Notes under the pieces: generated by a model
Databases searched by the model: none
What the model saw: the letters and a program-made list of their open reading frames with translations, nothing else
Told to the model about the DNA's origin: nothing
Shown here: positions 27,854 to 43,500 of the stretch, in pieces
How the letters are laid out: every line of letters begins with the position of its first letter
Position numbering within the stretch: position 1 is the stretch's first letter
NCBI RefSeq assembly: GCF_009914755.1
Contig: NC_060927.1
Length of the DNA stretch: 64,000 nucleotides
Direction: 5' to 3' (one strand)
From: the human T2T-CHM13v2.0 reference genome, Homo sapiens
Translations under genes and position numbers: made by a program

Positions 27854-29999
27854 ATAACTTCCATGTTAGTCTGCACATTCATCATGCTTAGTAATTAATT
27901 AAAGTAGAACAAGGTCTCACATAATTTTTTTTACGTTCTCTTGTAGCAGGAAGTCTACCTTACATATAGCCCAGCAACCTGGTGACCACCATCCCATCAA
28001 GCAAATGGTTTTCTGGCAAATTGGTAGGAAAAACAATAAAAACAATGCTGTTTACAGCTGTCAGACACCGCAATTATTTTCAAATTTCCCATAGCTCCTA
28101 AATCTCAAATTAATCTAATATTTGTTGTGAATTCCTTTTAAAACCTGTTTTAAGTTTATTACTCAAATCACTCTTTTTAAAAAGTATCAAGAATACTACT
28201 CAAACTTGCTCCCCTAACTTGTGTTTGTGTGTGTGTATGTATCTGAATAGCCATGAATCTGTCACCTACTTTTATTTAGGCTTTCATTTTTCAAATTGTA
28301 ACGAGAAATCTAAACATGATTTAAAACTGGGAAGTATTAGTTTTACATTAAAGAAGTAGAATCATTCAGGTTTACTGCAGTAAAAGTATGCATCCCTTAA
28401 AGCAAAGCTTTAATTTAAAGAGGTAGGGAAAGGGAGAAAAGTATATGGTGGTCTCTCCTTATGTTCATTGTACATAATGAGTTCTGCCTTTAGAAGGTGA
28501 CATTCACATTTTTTTTTAAATCTACAAATAGCTAGATATTATCAAGTCAGCAAACTTTCATAAAAACACCTGGGCTCAAACATGCAAATACTATATACAT
28601 TTCACTGGCATTTTTACCTCTTTGATTTATAAATGCCAGAGGTTTTGGATTGCTATGAGGGAAAAGAATGACACATTTCCTGATAAAGACAGGAGAGGTT
28701 CAGAATAAAAGGTAGCAATCTTTGTCAGGCTATATAGCCTCTAAGATACGTTTTATTATAGTTTACAAACAGAAGCATTTGTCCTGAACTGCCAGTGTTT
28801 TCACGCTGAAACATGTTAATGGAATCACATTCTACTCAATAAAACCACTTAACACATTACAGTAGTTTAAGTAGCCCAGTCTAGGAGTTGGCTATGAAAA
28901 CCATTTGCCACAACAGGAACAAGAGAAAATAACAGAAAAGTCAAAAGAAAATACAGCATGCGGCTCATTATTCACTAAAGCGAATTTTGTATGTGTTTAC
29001 ACCAAAATGAAATGCAAATCTCCAAAATCTTACATAAGATTCTTGCTCTGATTTCATTGTAACAGCTCTCAGAACAATTTAAAATAAAGTCTTAATTAAT
29101 GTAAAAGCATTTACATATTTTAACTAGCGTGTCTAAGTAATGCGGATATTATTGTTCTTCTCAAAAACAATTCTGGGAAATATATGTGACCTTAAAGATA
29201 GTCAAATGTCAAACACAGAGCACACACATACACCCACAAGCTGACTGAAGCTGGCTGTGATTACCTCACTCTGTTATTTTCTTCCACAGAAACAGTCATT
29301 ATCTTGCCCTGTTCTTTTTGGTATTAACAGGTGATCACCTGCCATGTGGAAAATCTACATATTACTGTGTTAAGTTCAATTCATCCCAATTTTAAATTTG
29401 AAGTAGCTTCACTATATTGTGTGTGTCATTTGTGAAAGCAGAACCTAAGTTCAGCTAAATATTTCTGAATATCAAAAAAATTTTTCAAAGTAATGCTTTT
29501 CTTTTTCTAATGGAGATATATATTTTCAAAAATTTTTCAAGAGTGCTGGAACTTTTAGACTCAAATAAATTCAAACCCTGATGTATATTTAATGGGACTC
29601 AGTACTGTAGCACCTATTTTCCACAGTTTCTTCGAATTCTCTAAAGTATGTGTCAAAATTCCTATTCCCCTTAAACTAATCCAGGATCAGTTTATATGAT
29701 TAATTGTATATTAAATTTCAAAGTAATATCTAACTTACTCATGGAATTTTAAAAGACTTGTTATATATGATATAATGTAGAAAGCTAGATGTACTTGAGT
29801 CCAAATTCTTCTAATCAATTCTCCCCTCCTACCCTACAAAGAGGACAGATAAGGGCGAGCTTTATTATATATAGCTGGTGCCTCAGCATAGAATCAATAG
29901 TTACTAATACAACATATCCTTAATCTTCACATTTTTGCCTTGCACCAGGTCAGGAGTGTCATCCCTTCATGCTTTGCCAGAGTTCCATTAGTGACTAAA

Positions 30000-30811
30000 T
30001 ATAACGAGTTGAATAGTTTCCCACCAAATTCAGGTCTATTCAGAACCTCAGGATGTGACCTTATTTGGAAATACGGCCTGTATTAGTCAGATCTCATATC
30101 GCTAATAAAGACATACCCAAGACTGGGTAATTTATAAAGAAAAAGGTTTAATGGTCTCATGATTCCACATGGCTGGGAAGGCCTCACAATCACAGCTGAA
30201 GGCAAAGGAGGAGAAAGCTCACCTTACATGGCGGCAGGCAAAAGAGTGTGTGCAGGGGAACTCCCCTTTATAAAAACCATCAGCTCTTGTAAGACTTATT
30301 CACCATCACAAGAACAGCATGGGATAGACCTGCCCCCATGATTCAATTACCTCCCACAGGGTTCCTCCCATGAAGCGTGGGAATTATGAAAGCTACAATT
30401 CAAGATGACATTTAGGTGGAGATACAGTCAAACCATATCAGAGTCTTTGCAGATGTAATTAGTTAATGTGAGATGATACTTGATTAGGGTGGGTCACAAA
30501 TCCTATGACTTTTGTCCTTATAAGAAAAGGAAAAGACACATAGACGTATGTGTCACATGAAGGCCATGTGACAATGAAGGCAGAGATTGGAGTGATGCTT
30601 CTACAAGCTGAAGAATGCCAAGGATTGCAGGCAATTATCAATCACAAGTGAGGAATGGAAGAGGGTCTCTCAGAGCCTCCAGAAGGAGCCAGCCCTGCCT
30701 GTACCTGAATTACAGACTCTGGCTTCCTGAGCCGTGAGAGAATAAATTTCTTTTGTTTTAAGTCACTCAGTTTGTGGTAATTTAATAGGGTAGCCCCAGG
30801 AAAATAATACA
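30000..30811 (+). mobile_element. MLT1C-like MaLR LTR interrupted by a THE1 LTR
   Basis: MLT1 motifs (agaacctcaggatgtgaccttatttggaaata...ctttgcagatgtaattagtt...aataaatttc...aataca) on both sides of the insert. Confidence 0.8.
30079..30440 (-). mobile_element. THE1 (B/C-like) solo LTR
   Basis: 362 bp; reverse complement begins TGATATGGTTTG and ends CTAATACA. Confidence 0.88.
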
Positions 30812-31554
30812 CTAGGCTTATTTCATTGTAGTTTAACATATCTTCTTGTATTTAACACTATTAATCTCCAAACTTGTGTAAACTTTATGATCCCTTTTGC
30901 CTATTTTACTAAAGGCACAGGAGAAAACCTAACGAAGTTTAAATTTCAGTCTCTGCAATGCAAGAGGCTCTTCCAAGGCTCTGTACCAGATACTCCTTTT
31001 AAAAATTATTTATTTATTTATTTAATCAAAGAGAATCCCACAAAACCTTCATTTACTTTTGGCAAAAGAAGTTTCTGGACACCTACTAGAAGCCCAGTAA
31101 CAGATTGCTAAATAAAGCAATGAATGAATGAATATATTTATATGCTACCCTTCAACTCTAACCAGCTGAAAAGTAATATTTAAAGCTAAAGTTAATATCT
31201 TCAAATATTCAGGATTTCCATGAGCATCATCCTTCATTCCTAGAAGCAAGCAGGATTTGGGACAATGATTATATCATTGTTGAGCAACTATAATAGGGTT
31301 GGTATGGACCAACAGTGGCAACATTTAAGTTCAAGGTAAATGTGCATGTTAAAATATATTCCCTATGACTTTATCATAAAAAAATTTGAGAAATTTTATA
31401 ATATAATTTATTAGTATTTAAAAGAATTCATCAATTAATCAATTTTAATCCAGTACAAAATATAATTTGAATAATATTCTACTTGAAAATAACTGTCGTT
31501 GTCCCTCTTTACATTAAAACTACTAAATTCCTGTGTGAACAAATATATCATATA

Positions 31555-32194
31555 TAGTCAGTTCTCCTTATTCATGGTACTTATGTTCTATAAAGGTACC
31601 ATAAATACCAAATTAGCAAATACTGAACCAGTGTTCTTAAGGGAAATGCAGGTTAGGTTCCTGCAAGTCTCTGGTCATAACATTTTCATCAATTGACCAA
31701 TATATAATCTGGTTTCCTGTGTTCCTCTTTAATTAGGTCTTTAGTTAATATACATTGATGTTTCATTAAAATTTAATTCAGGGCCAACAGCACTACTACT
31801 CAGGCCTAAATAAGCTTATCTAACATACATATGTTCTCCATAAGGCATATCCTAGTCACCATGCACTGAACACTACACAACACTTAAGCACTAACCTTGA
31901 GGACCATTATTAATCTTGAAATCACCCCCAAAAAAGCACAAAAACATGAAGAATGTGTCACTAAGTAGACTGCATAAGGACGCTTGTTTACAGTGTGGGA
32001 ACTGAAACAAGAAGGTGAGGGTCACTTTCAACCTAAGCTGGAAATATGCACATTGGGCAACTCAAATTTTTTGCTGCTTTCACGTGTCCATGAATGATCA
32101 TGAAAGTGTCACAACTATTAATTCTGGGATTACAGATAAATTGTAGGGAGCATGTGAATTTGCAAATACGGAATACATGAATGAGAATCTACTG
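31555..32194 (-). mobile_element. MER82-like Tigger DNA transposon fossil
   Basis: CAGT-type termini; internal sequence recalled from MER82. Confidence 0.7.
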
Positions 32195-32844
32195 CATTAT
32201 GACTTTTTAATGAATCATTTTCCTTTTAGTTTTCATATTCTGTGATTCTTCTACTTTCTCCCTCTAAGTTTTGTCAACTGTCTTGCCTGCCCACTACCAC
32301 ATCTCTCATCTGTGCTCCATTTCACCATTTGAAATCCCTGGGTCAATGCTACATTTCTTACTGTGTACCATGGAATTTTACATGGATTTCCCATTAAGAC
32401 GCTGGCTATTTTCTTTTGGAGGGTTGCAATTTCTCCTAAGTATACTATTTTGGTTAATGGCACTGTGAAGGTTAATTTTATGTGTCTACATGTGTGGGTC
32501 ACAAAGTGCCCAGGTATTTGGTCAAACATTATTCCATGTGTGTGCATGAGGGCGTTTCTACATGAGCTTAACATTTAAATTAGAATGAGTAAAGCAGATT
32601 ATCCTCCCTAATGTGCATGAGACTCATCCAGTCAATTGAAAAACTTAATAGAGTAGGAAGGAATGTCACCTGACTTATTGCCTGAGCTGGGACTTCAGAC
32701 TCCTGCCCTCAGACTGCAACTTATACCATCATCCCTCCTTGTTATCAGGAATTCAGACTCAGACTAGAACTACACCACTTCTATTACTCTTGGGTCTCCA
32801 GCTTGCTTACTGCGTATCTTCTTGGGATTTCTCAACCTCCTTAA

Positions 32845-33180
<336 letters not shown>

Positions 33181-33196
33181 CAATTTCTTATATGAA

Positions 33197-33237
<41 letters not shown>

Positions 33238-33307
33238 CACACACACACACACACGCACACATTAGCCATATCATATACATACATATATATGTAATATATA
33301 TATTATA

Positions 33308-33340
<33 letters not shown>

Positions 33341-33355
33341 TTATATATATATATA
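33197..33355. repeat. Compound (CT)n(AT)n(CA)n(TG)n(TA)n microsatellite
   Basis: Direct reading; lies at the usual MLT2 microsatellite position. Confidence 0.9.
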
Positions 33356-35119
33356 AAATCTCCTATTGGTTTTCTTTCTCTGGAGAACCCTAACAGAGGC
33401 ACCACTATTCTCAGAGTCACCCATATTTTGGATTTATCTTCCATTATATTCTTATTCCTCTCTCTCACAAATGAGTTTGTCAAGCCCTCTCATTTGTATC
33501 TTCCATTAAATATTCCATGATTATGGTAATAGTGCTCCAACTAGATATTCTAAACAGAATAGCGGCTGTACAAATACAAATTTATTTAAAATAGAAAGCT
33601 TCTGTAACAATGATCTATTGAAATATGTGTCCTGATGGTATTATATGTAAGAAAGTTGAACATTATGTCATACACACAATAATTTTATCAAAGTTCAAAT
33701 ACCAGGATACCAGAGAGAGCAAGAAAAATTAGACAAGTTACCATTGTAAACATGGAGGTTAAGTTAGATATTTAAGGATGCATAATATTTAAATACCAGG
33801 GAAGGATCAGAAAAGGGCACCCTTGGCACTGAGAATATAAGCATAGACAGAGTAGGATATGAGCAGAGACAGTAGGATGAGTATATTCAGACAGAGAGTA
33901 ATCTGCCAGAGTAAAGTAGAAGTTTGTGTAGAAAAATGATTGATTTCAATTTGTGAAGAATAGAAATGGCAGTTCATAATTGTGCATGACATCCAAACAG
34001 AAGTGTTGAGATGATGAAATTGGCAATAGTGTGTTAAACCCAGAAAAGCCAGTTAATTAGTTCTAGTTCAAGACCTAAGTCCTAAACACAAGGAGATCTG
34101 ATGCTATAAATTTTCATCCAAGCTCAGGAGAAGACCTGTGTCTCAGCTCAACCAGTGCTTTTACAGCTCTACGCAAGTGCAGAGTACTGAAAATATCTGG
34201 GGAAGATTTTTACATGGCCCAATGACTACAGAATGCTGCTGATATTTAACAAATGGGAGCCAAATATTCTAATCCCACCACATTGCAAAAAGTAGTCACA
34301 TACAACAGAGAAATGCTACACGTCAAACGTCGATAGTGCCCCAGTTGAAAACAACTGAGAGAAAGTGTTTTTAATTAAAAATACATAGGCAGGCTTTGGG
34401 AGATGAGGGATCACCTGGAAATTAGTGTATGCTGTTATTCCCTCATCTTTCTTATAGAAGCCAGCCGCATTTCTCTGAAGAAGTTAGCAATTACTACCTT
34501 AAAGCACAATGGTTTTTGGTTGATAGTATACATAACTCAGTAGCTCTCAAACTTTAGCCTGCTTCTTAATCACCAGGTGGTCTTGTAAAAGTATGTATTG
34601 CTGGACTCCATCCTAGGGTTTCTGATTCAGTAGCCTGTCCAAGGTAGAATGGAGAACTTGCAGGTCTAACAAGTTTATATATAATGCTGAATACCATTGC
34701 TATAGTCGGTGGAGGGAAGAAGCAAAAACAAATACAAAATCAAGGAATGACACCTAGATATTTTCTCCTTGACTTTTTGTTTCATGGTTAGATGGAAGAC
34801 AGGTGGAGGGGATGACACTAGAAGAAGTCTGGCAAGATATGGCAGTATTTTGGCTTATAAAATCTTTCTGAAAATTTCTTTCTCTTGAATGGGACATGGA
34901 ATATAATATTACCTGATTTATGAATACTATGTGTCCAGTGAAATCATCTAAAATTCTTAGGTCAAATGTTCCCTGCTCTCCTTTAGGTAATCTCTTTTGT
35001 AGTCAGCTGTTACTATAATAGTCAGCATTCCCTAATATATGCTGAAAGGAACAATCTCAAAAACTTACTGGTGTATGTTTATTTCCCATTTATGTGGATA
35101 TAAACAAAGACAAACAACG

Positions 35120-35878
<759 letters not shown>

Positions 35879-37687
35879 CTTCCAGAACCTGTCAGCATCT
35901 GCAGGTCCAGATATGCTGCTGTAGCTCTACTCTGAACTATAGATAGGGTGTAAGTCTCCTCCTCCTAATTTTTGAACAGAACTGAGGCACTTTTTTTCTG
36001 ATGACAGAGTGCACAAGAGCAAGAGAACTGTTGAAAACTCACAATATCTCTGCAATCTTCTAATCAGGATGCATTGGTTATGGCTGCTCACCATTCTATT
36101 GACCAAAGCAAGTCATATGATCAAGATTAAAGAAAATAGAAAAATGCACAAAATAATTTCAAACACTATTATTATCTCTCAGAGCCACAAAATGCCATGA
36201 CTACACAAATAAGGGGGAAATGGAGCAGGAAGTTGGGTTATTAGTATATGCACACAGAGATGTGTTAATAAAATCTGATTCTGAAGGATGTATTATTTTT
36301 ACTAAAATTCTAGACCATAGATTATTCATGGGAGTTAACACTTGGTTATTATATCCCTCATTACATATGTTTATGTATTTTACATTATGCATAACTTTAG
36401 AAATCTGATCACCAATTGAAAATGTGAAACTATTCTAATCTGCCACAATTTTAGTTATGCATTCAATTTATTTTGTTTTTTACAATATTACAACTATTTG
36501 TTATTCCTTTTGTACTTAATTTCTCTGTGAAAAAATAAGGATTAAAAATATATTAACTATATAATAATAATTTCATATATTGCTAGTAGAATGATTCTAA
36601 GGCTTATATTTAACTAATGATTATAAACTTATACACAAGTATAGATGAATTTTTTTCTTTTTCATTTATAGTATTACTTTAGTGTTAAAATCATGAATTT
36701 AGTATTCATACTAAATGAGAAAGTCTTTCCAGTAAAATGTTTAGCACTTTATAGTTTTATCTTCTCTATTCTCTAAGCTCCGTGAAGTAAGCTTGATATC
36801 ATCCATCTAAAATGAATGCCACTATAAAGAATAATGAGTAGGGAGGTAAACATACATAGCTATAGGAGAGTCTACAAAATACAGAATTAATAGAAGATCT
36901 AGTGTCATCTCTAGTTTATCTTATATATAATAAGCTGGAAAAGTTCCTCTCCTGTATGGACTGAAATTTCTCTTTTATCTGCAAACTGTGATCGATATTC
37001 AACCAGCCGGCAAGTAAACTAGTCATTAAGGTGTCCCTCAGCTTCAAACCCACACTTCCAAACTCTGGGGTACTACGGCTGGAACTCTGCAAACACACAT
37101 TGCTTTGCTAGGGGATTCTTTGTTATGTTTTGCAAATATTAGAAACTAAAGGAAACCAGACAGCCCATGAAGGGCAAAGTTACTTGCTTCTTCAAGTTTT
37201 GTTTCCCATTCCTGTTAGCATCACCTCAGCAAAATCATTCACCCTGATAACAGAAGTGGATTCCACTAATATCAGTTGGCCACAGTTTCTCATTTGCGTC
37301 CCAAACTCTTAGAACCAGCCTCATGAAACAACCTCAGAGATACACGCCCAGCATGTTTTTTGAAAGTCGGAGCTGCAGCTGCAGAGAGCGGCATCTCCAT
37401 ATTTCTAGATTCTGATTATCTTAACCTATTCCTGTTGGTCTGCAAGTGTTTACAATGGTGGCTACTTTGTGTAGTTAATACCTCTGTGTTCTTTCTATTT
37501 TTATAATAATTTCACAGTAGAATTACTAAATAATTCTACTTAATAATTTTTATATACAATGTCTAATTTAGCATTTCACTCTACCAATAGCTATTTATAC
37601 AGAATTGTTTATTAAATGTTCTCTATTAAAATAACTGGAGTGGTTCAGATTTCTTTACTGGAGTCTAGCTGATAAAAAGATAGTTGA

Positions 37688-38010
<323 letters not shown>

Positions 38011-39211
38011 TCATTAATTAAAAAAAAACAAATGAAACCTTAGATTTTATTACTTCGATTATTTTCCTTTGCACCTAACAAAGGCCAGTTTCAAGCAGAA
38101 AGTAGCAGTTTATTAGCAGTTGGGATGAGAAAGAAAAACAAATAATCTCAAAATGTGAAAAGCGCACAGAAAAAGCAAGTCTTGGCATTCTGTTCTGGAG
38201 GTATTATGGAAATTAAAACACTGTTTATTCACAAAAAAGCAATAAAGCCCAAAATGTTTACATAGTTCCCCCAAACACTAACAAGCATTGATTGCCTCCT
38301 GCCTTCTTGTGCGCATGCCCATGTCATTGCCACATTGCTCTACCGTCTGGCCAAAAGCTTTGGCATTTCTCATAGCTTTCACCCTGTGCTTCATGTTACT
38401 TCCTTTATGTGGAGCCTCTTACATTTGTCCCTCAGAATAACTCCTCCACACCTGATAAGGCCAATTTGGAGACGTGTCCCAAACCCTCCAGTCAGTCCTG
38501 CCAGCTTCCTTTGCTAGGCTCCCTGAAAGCCTTATTAACATTTTTAAAATAAATCGGTGTACACACACACACACATACACACACCCACACGTGTGTATAT
38601 ATATATTTTATTCTAATTACATATTAGCTTATTGGTTTTCATTATAATTGAATTTTGCCAGGTTAGAAATCATGCTTTATCTATTCCTGTGACACTGTCT
38701 GACATGTAGCTGGTATTCAAAAAATGTTTTTTATATGAGAAAATAACTGAATATTAACTTACTTTATGACCACCTGCTAAATATGTTGACAAACTATCCA
38801 CATTACAAACCCCACAAAGCAAATGTACATAAAGATTTCATACTTGGTTAACAGTTCAGGATTCCATTAAATTGTTTTCTGTTTATACAAAGATGCTGCC
38901 ACCATTTCATAGCTAGGATTTAGGTCTAGTAATATGTTTAGGGGTAAAAAGACTGACTGAAAAATTAAACAAGAGAGGCAGTGGTTTGTGTGGATAAGCC
39001 GGCTGAAATGCGCTTTAGATTACTAATTGTATATGTACTAGATATTTGTTATCTAGTACATATAGAACTATCTCTCACTTCATGTGATTTTTCTGTTCAA
39101 TTCTTCCAATCCTCAAGTGCCACAATAGCGTGGATTTGTTGTAGGCTCCTTCTGTGAACAACAGAGAGATTTTTCCTGAAATACATTCAGAAGTAAATAT
39201 AATAAAAGGTT

Positions 39212-39528
<317 letters not shown>

Positions 39529-40299
39529 AAATAAAAGGGTCAATCGAAATACTTATTTTAGAATCCCCCTAAATGCAAGAGAAAGTAGATCTTTATACTT
39601 TCCAAGATCAGGAAGTTTAACAATTAGGTGTGCCTGGATATGCTTGTGGCCATATTTCTCAGCACAGACGTGAACTTTCAGAAAATGAAGCACAACAGAT
39701 GAAATAACCGCCGTGAGAGATGGAGAAAGAGAGAGAGGTGACGAATGTACGAAAAATGAAGGTTTCTAAAAATACAATTCGATCACTTGAGCGTAGTGAT
39801 GCCTGAGTCTACCTAGCTCAAGTCTAAGACTTTGCTGGCAAGTGATTTTATAAATTTTGGGGGGATTAAGCTAGATGGAACTTTGTCTGGCTTTGACAGT
39901 AAGGGTCTTGATCGTACTGCTTTTTAATTATTTCCATTAGCATGGTTCTTTGAGAACTTATGAAATAGTTTATATGACTTTACATCCTACAATATAGTAG
40001 TTAATTGTGAAAATCCATAACTCAGGATTCACTTCAGATATATTAAGTAGTACTTATTCACATAACCAACAAATTCTCATAAAATCTAGAACCAAATGAA
40101 TCTTTGAACAAGTGTAATAATTTCATACATTATATTTTGGAGAGACGGATTATTAACTTAAACTTCATGTATCCAGTAAGTTTGAGCTTCCAGCTTCACA
40201 GTGTAGACTACAACAATGATGAAGAGAACATATAAACTTCTTGCCTATGTTGATTTAAAATCTGCATTTGTTTTATTCTGGTTTTGCTAAGTTATTCAT

Positions 40300-40530
40300 T
40301 TTTAATTGACAGGTAAAAACTGTATATATTTATATAATATACAACATGGTGTTTTGAAATATGTATACATTGTTATTTAGATACACACTAAGAATGGCTA
40401 ACACCTGCGTTACCTTACATACTTATTTTTTGTGGTTATTACACTTAAAATCTACTTTCTTAGCAATTTTCATGAATAAAGTACACTTTTATTAACTACA
40501 GTCACCATGTTGTAGAATAGATCTTTTGAA
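40300..40530 (-). mobile_element. L1MA-type 3' end fragment
   Basis: Same 3'-UTR motifs as 7295-7520 (acacttaaaatctact...ttattaacta...agtcaccatgttgta). Confidence 0.7.
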
Positions 40531-43500
40531 CACAATCAACATTCATGTAATGTCTAATCTTAACACAATACTGAGCAAGCATACTCTTTCTTACATTTGA
40601 CAGTTCATCGTATGTTTGAGTACAGCTATTTTTTCTTCTGTGTCTTCTTAATTCTAAGTTAAACAGCTCATATTCCTCAACTATTCCTTTTGAAATAAAA
40701 TCCAGAGTATCTGCCATTTTCCTTACTTCTCCTGGGTGCTCTCTCTTTTCATTATGTCATTTTTCTCCTAAAATGTATTGGATGTGCTTCTTCTAAATTG
40801 AAAGCAATTTGCAAAATGTTTTCTACCCAGATTAGCATATAATGAACACATTACTAATCATGACTAGGATACAATATAGTTATTGGTGCAGTCAAAGTCT
40901 GTGTTATATTTTAAGTGTAATTGAACAATATTGAACTGCGGTCAACTAAAACCCACAGATCATTTACACACAAATTGCGCCAAACACGGAGCTTTACTAA
41001 TTCACATGAAGATGTGGAAAACTAAGCAATTCATCTACTTTCCTCTATTTGCTTTTGTGCATATTTGGTTATTAAGAAGTATGGATCAAGTAATAAACTA
41101 TTTAGAACTATAATTTTGAAGGTCTTTAGCAGATTATTTTACAAAGATCATTTAATGTAAGTTGGCTGAAATAATTAGCATGAATATGTAATGATCAAAC
41201 AGCTAGAGGACTGCCGTTTCATTTTTAACTGAATTGTGTAGTTGTGTTTAATTCATTAAATTAATTAAATAGGTTAATACTATTGTAGACTCTACATTTA
41301 ATATGTATTCTGAGAGCTAAATTTTCATTACCACATATTTTATGTTATGTGATGATAAAATCTAAAAATGCTTAGTTTATAAATTGTGTAAAATAAACAA
41401 AGGCATGAATTATTACAAGAAATGCCTCAACAGTAAAGAGGACAATTAATAAAATGTTTAGACACACATGAAGAAAAAATACAAAATACATACAACTGTA
41501 GGATTACATATTTTTTCAAACAACTTTATAACATGAAAATATTTCTATTATTAAATAGTCTTCAAAATTACAAATTTTAACTAATAGACCAGGATTTCCT
41601 GTGCCTTAGTAATCAGTCTTACAAGTTTGTGGCCTATTTTTTTTTAATTATTGTTTCTAGCTGAACCGAAGGGAGTTACAGAACAGGACTTATGGCTGTT
41701 CTGAGAGCCTTTTAGTATGATGATTCCAAAATATCTGGATAACAGAGCTATTTGTCTAGTGCCTTATGCTAAGTTAGGAAAATCTTTGGATTCCTTGTTA
41801 GCCAGTAGAATCTGAAAGTGACAAATACTGACTGACTTCATGCCTGTTTGCACTGTACTCCATTGTACTCTGTAATCTTAATGTATAGCCCATCCCTGGA
41901 GATGGATGAAGCATAGCTGGATGAGCTGAGGTGGTCTCTGGTACAACACCCAGATCCATTTCTGTGCTGTATTTTGTCAGCTTAATTTATGCCAGCTTGG
42001 ACCTGGATGGTAGCAGTGGAGCATCCATAAAGCATCAAATGTTCTTAATCTCTCAGACCTATTATCCACAAGAGTGTATCTCATAGTCATGCTTGTTTGA
42101 GACCAGGAAATTGGCACTTTCTTTGTGGCATGTTTCTGATTATGCGGCCGTGTCTCCTGATTATATTGATTTCCTTCAAAATCTTTTGGCATTTAAACTG
42201 TGTTTGATTTATTGCCAGGAGATCTACATTTATTACTTGTATCAATATGAGCTCATCATGGAAATTTTTCCATTTAGTAGTCATGTATTTGTACATTAAA
42301 AGGTGCAGTGTGCAAAAGAAGGGAGAAGGGAGATTTTCATTTCTCATAAAAATCTCAATTAATAACCCCATCATGCAGATATGACAAATTATGAAATAAT
42401 TTATTTTCTTGTCATTGTTTTAGATTTTACTTTCTGTTTAGTTTTTGTGTTTGAAAAAAAATGAGAATTTATGCTGTTATCTGCCAGATGATAGGAGAAA
42501 TTTTTTTAAGTGTGTTATGAAAGGATGCAAAATACATCATACTTGATGAACCAAGACCATTTTAATCCCAGAATATTCTGTGCTATTTGAAGTGCACTGT
42601 TATAAGTTCTAGTCTAGTAAATAAGTTATATTATCCTTTCTAAATAATTATGTAGCCTTTTAATAATTCTAAATAATTATTTCCCAAGGAAAACTAAATC
42701 CTTACATCAAGTGGGCAACCATTGGAGTTAAGAGGTGTGGCTTCCTAAACATGCCATCCTGCTGAGACTCTGACTGACGTAGAATATGTTTTTGGATACC
42801 TAGACTTGCCTTTTTTCATCATAAGCAATGGATGAGATGAATATAATACTTGGGAATACATTGTTATACTATTCAAACCTCTGACATTTCTGCTGTTTTT
42901 TGGCTTCTAATACGTGTTTAGGTCTGAAGCCAGCCTCATCATTTTTTATCTTATTTCCTTCTTTTTTAATATATTGATTTTAATATATTTATATTTTTTA
43001 TGCTCAAAATTCATATGTTCATTAGATAGTTTTTATATGTGAATCACCTAATTCTATGTTGTATTGGCAATCCCTTTCTATCTTCGTAATTTGTCATTTC
43101 TTCACAACAGTAATAAAACAATTAAAAACTGTCTTTTTTATTATATATTTGATTATTGAGTTTGCTCAACTTCCTTCTTCAGGAAAACCAATATTTTGAA
43201 CTTTGTATCTGTTCTCTTTCCTATATCTCTATCACCTTATTATCATTTTTACTTCTTATTTTTCTACTTTTTTGACTTTCAATGACATTTCTATGTTTTA
43301 ATTTTTCTAGGGTAAATAATAATTATGCTATTCATTTGTAGTTTTCTTATTCTTCCTTATTTCATCTATCTTCATTTTTCTATCTCTTTTTACCAACACT
43401 TTCTCCAATTCAATTGTCCTCCATCTCTTCTATTGTCTCCCTTATGTGAATCCAAGCCTTAATACTATCTGACAACACAAAGTAAATGCTTTCCAAATTT

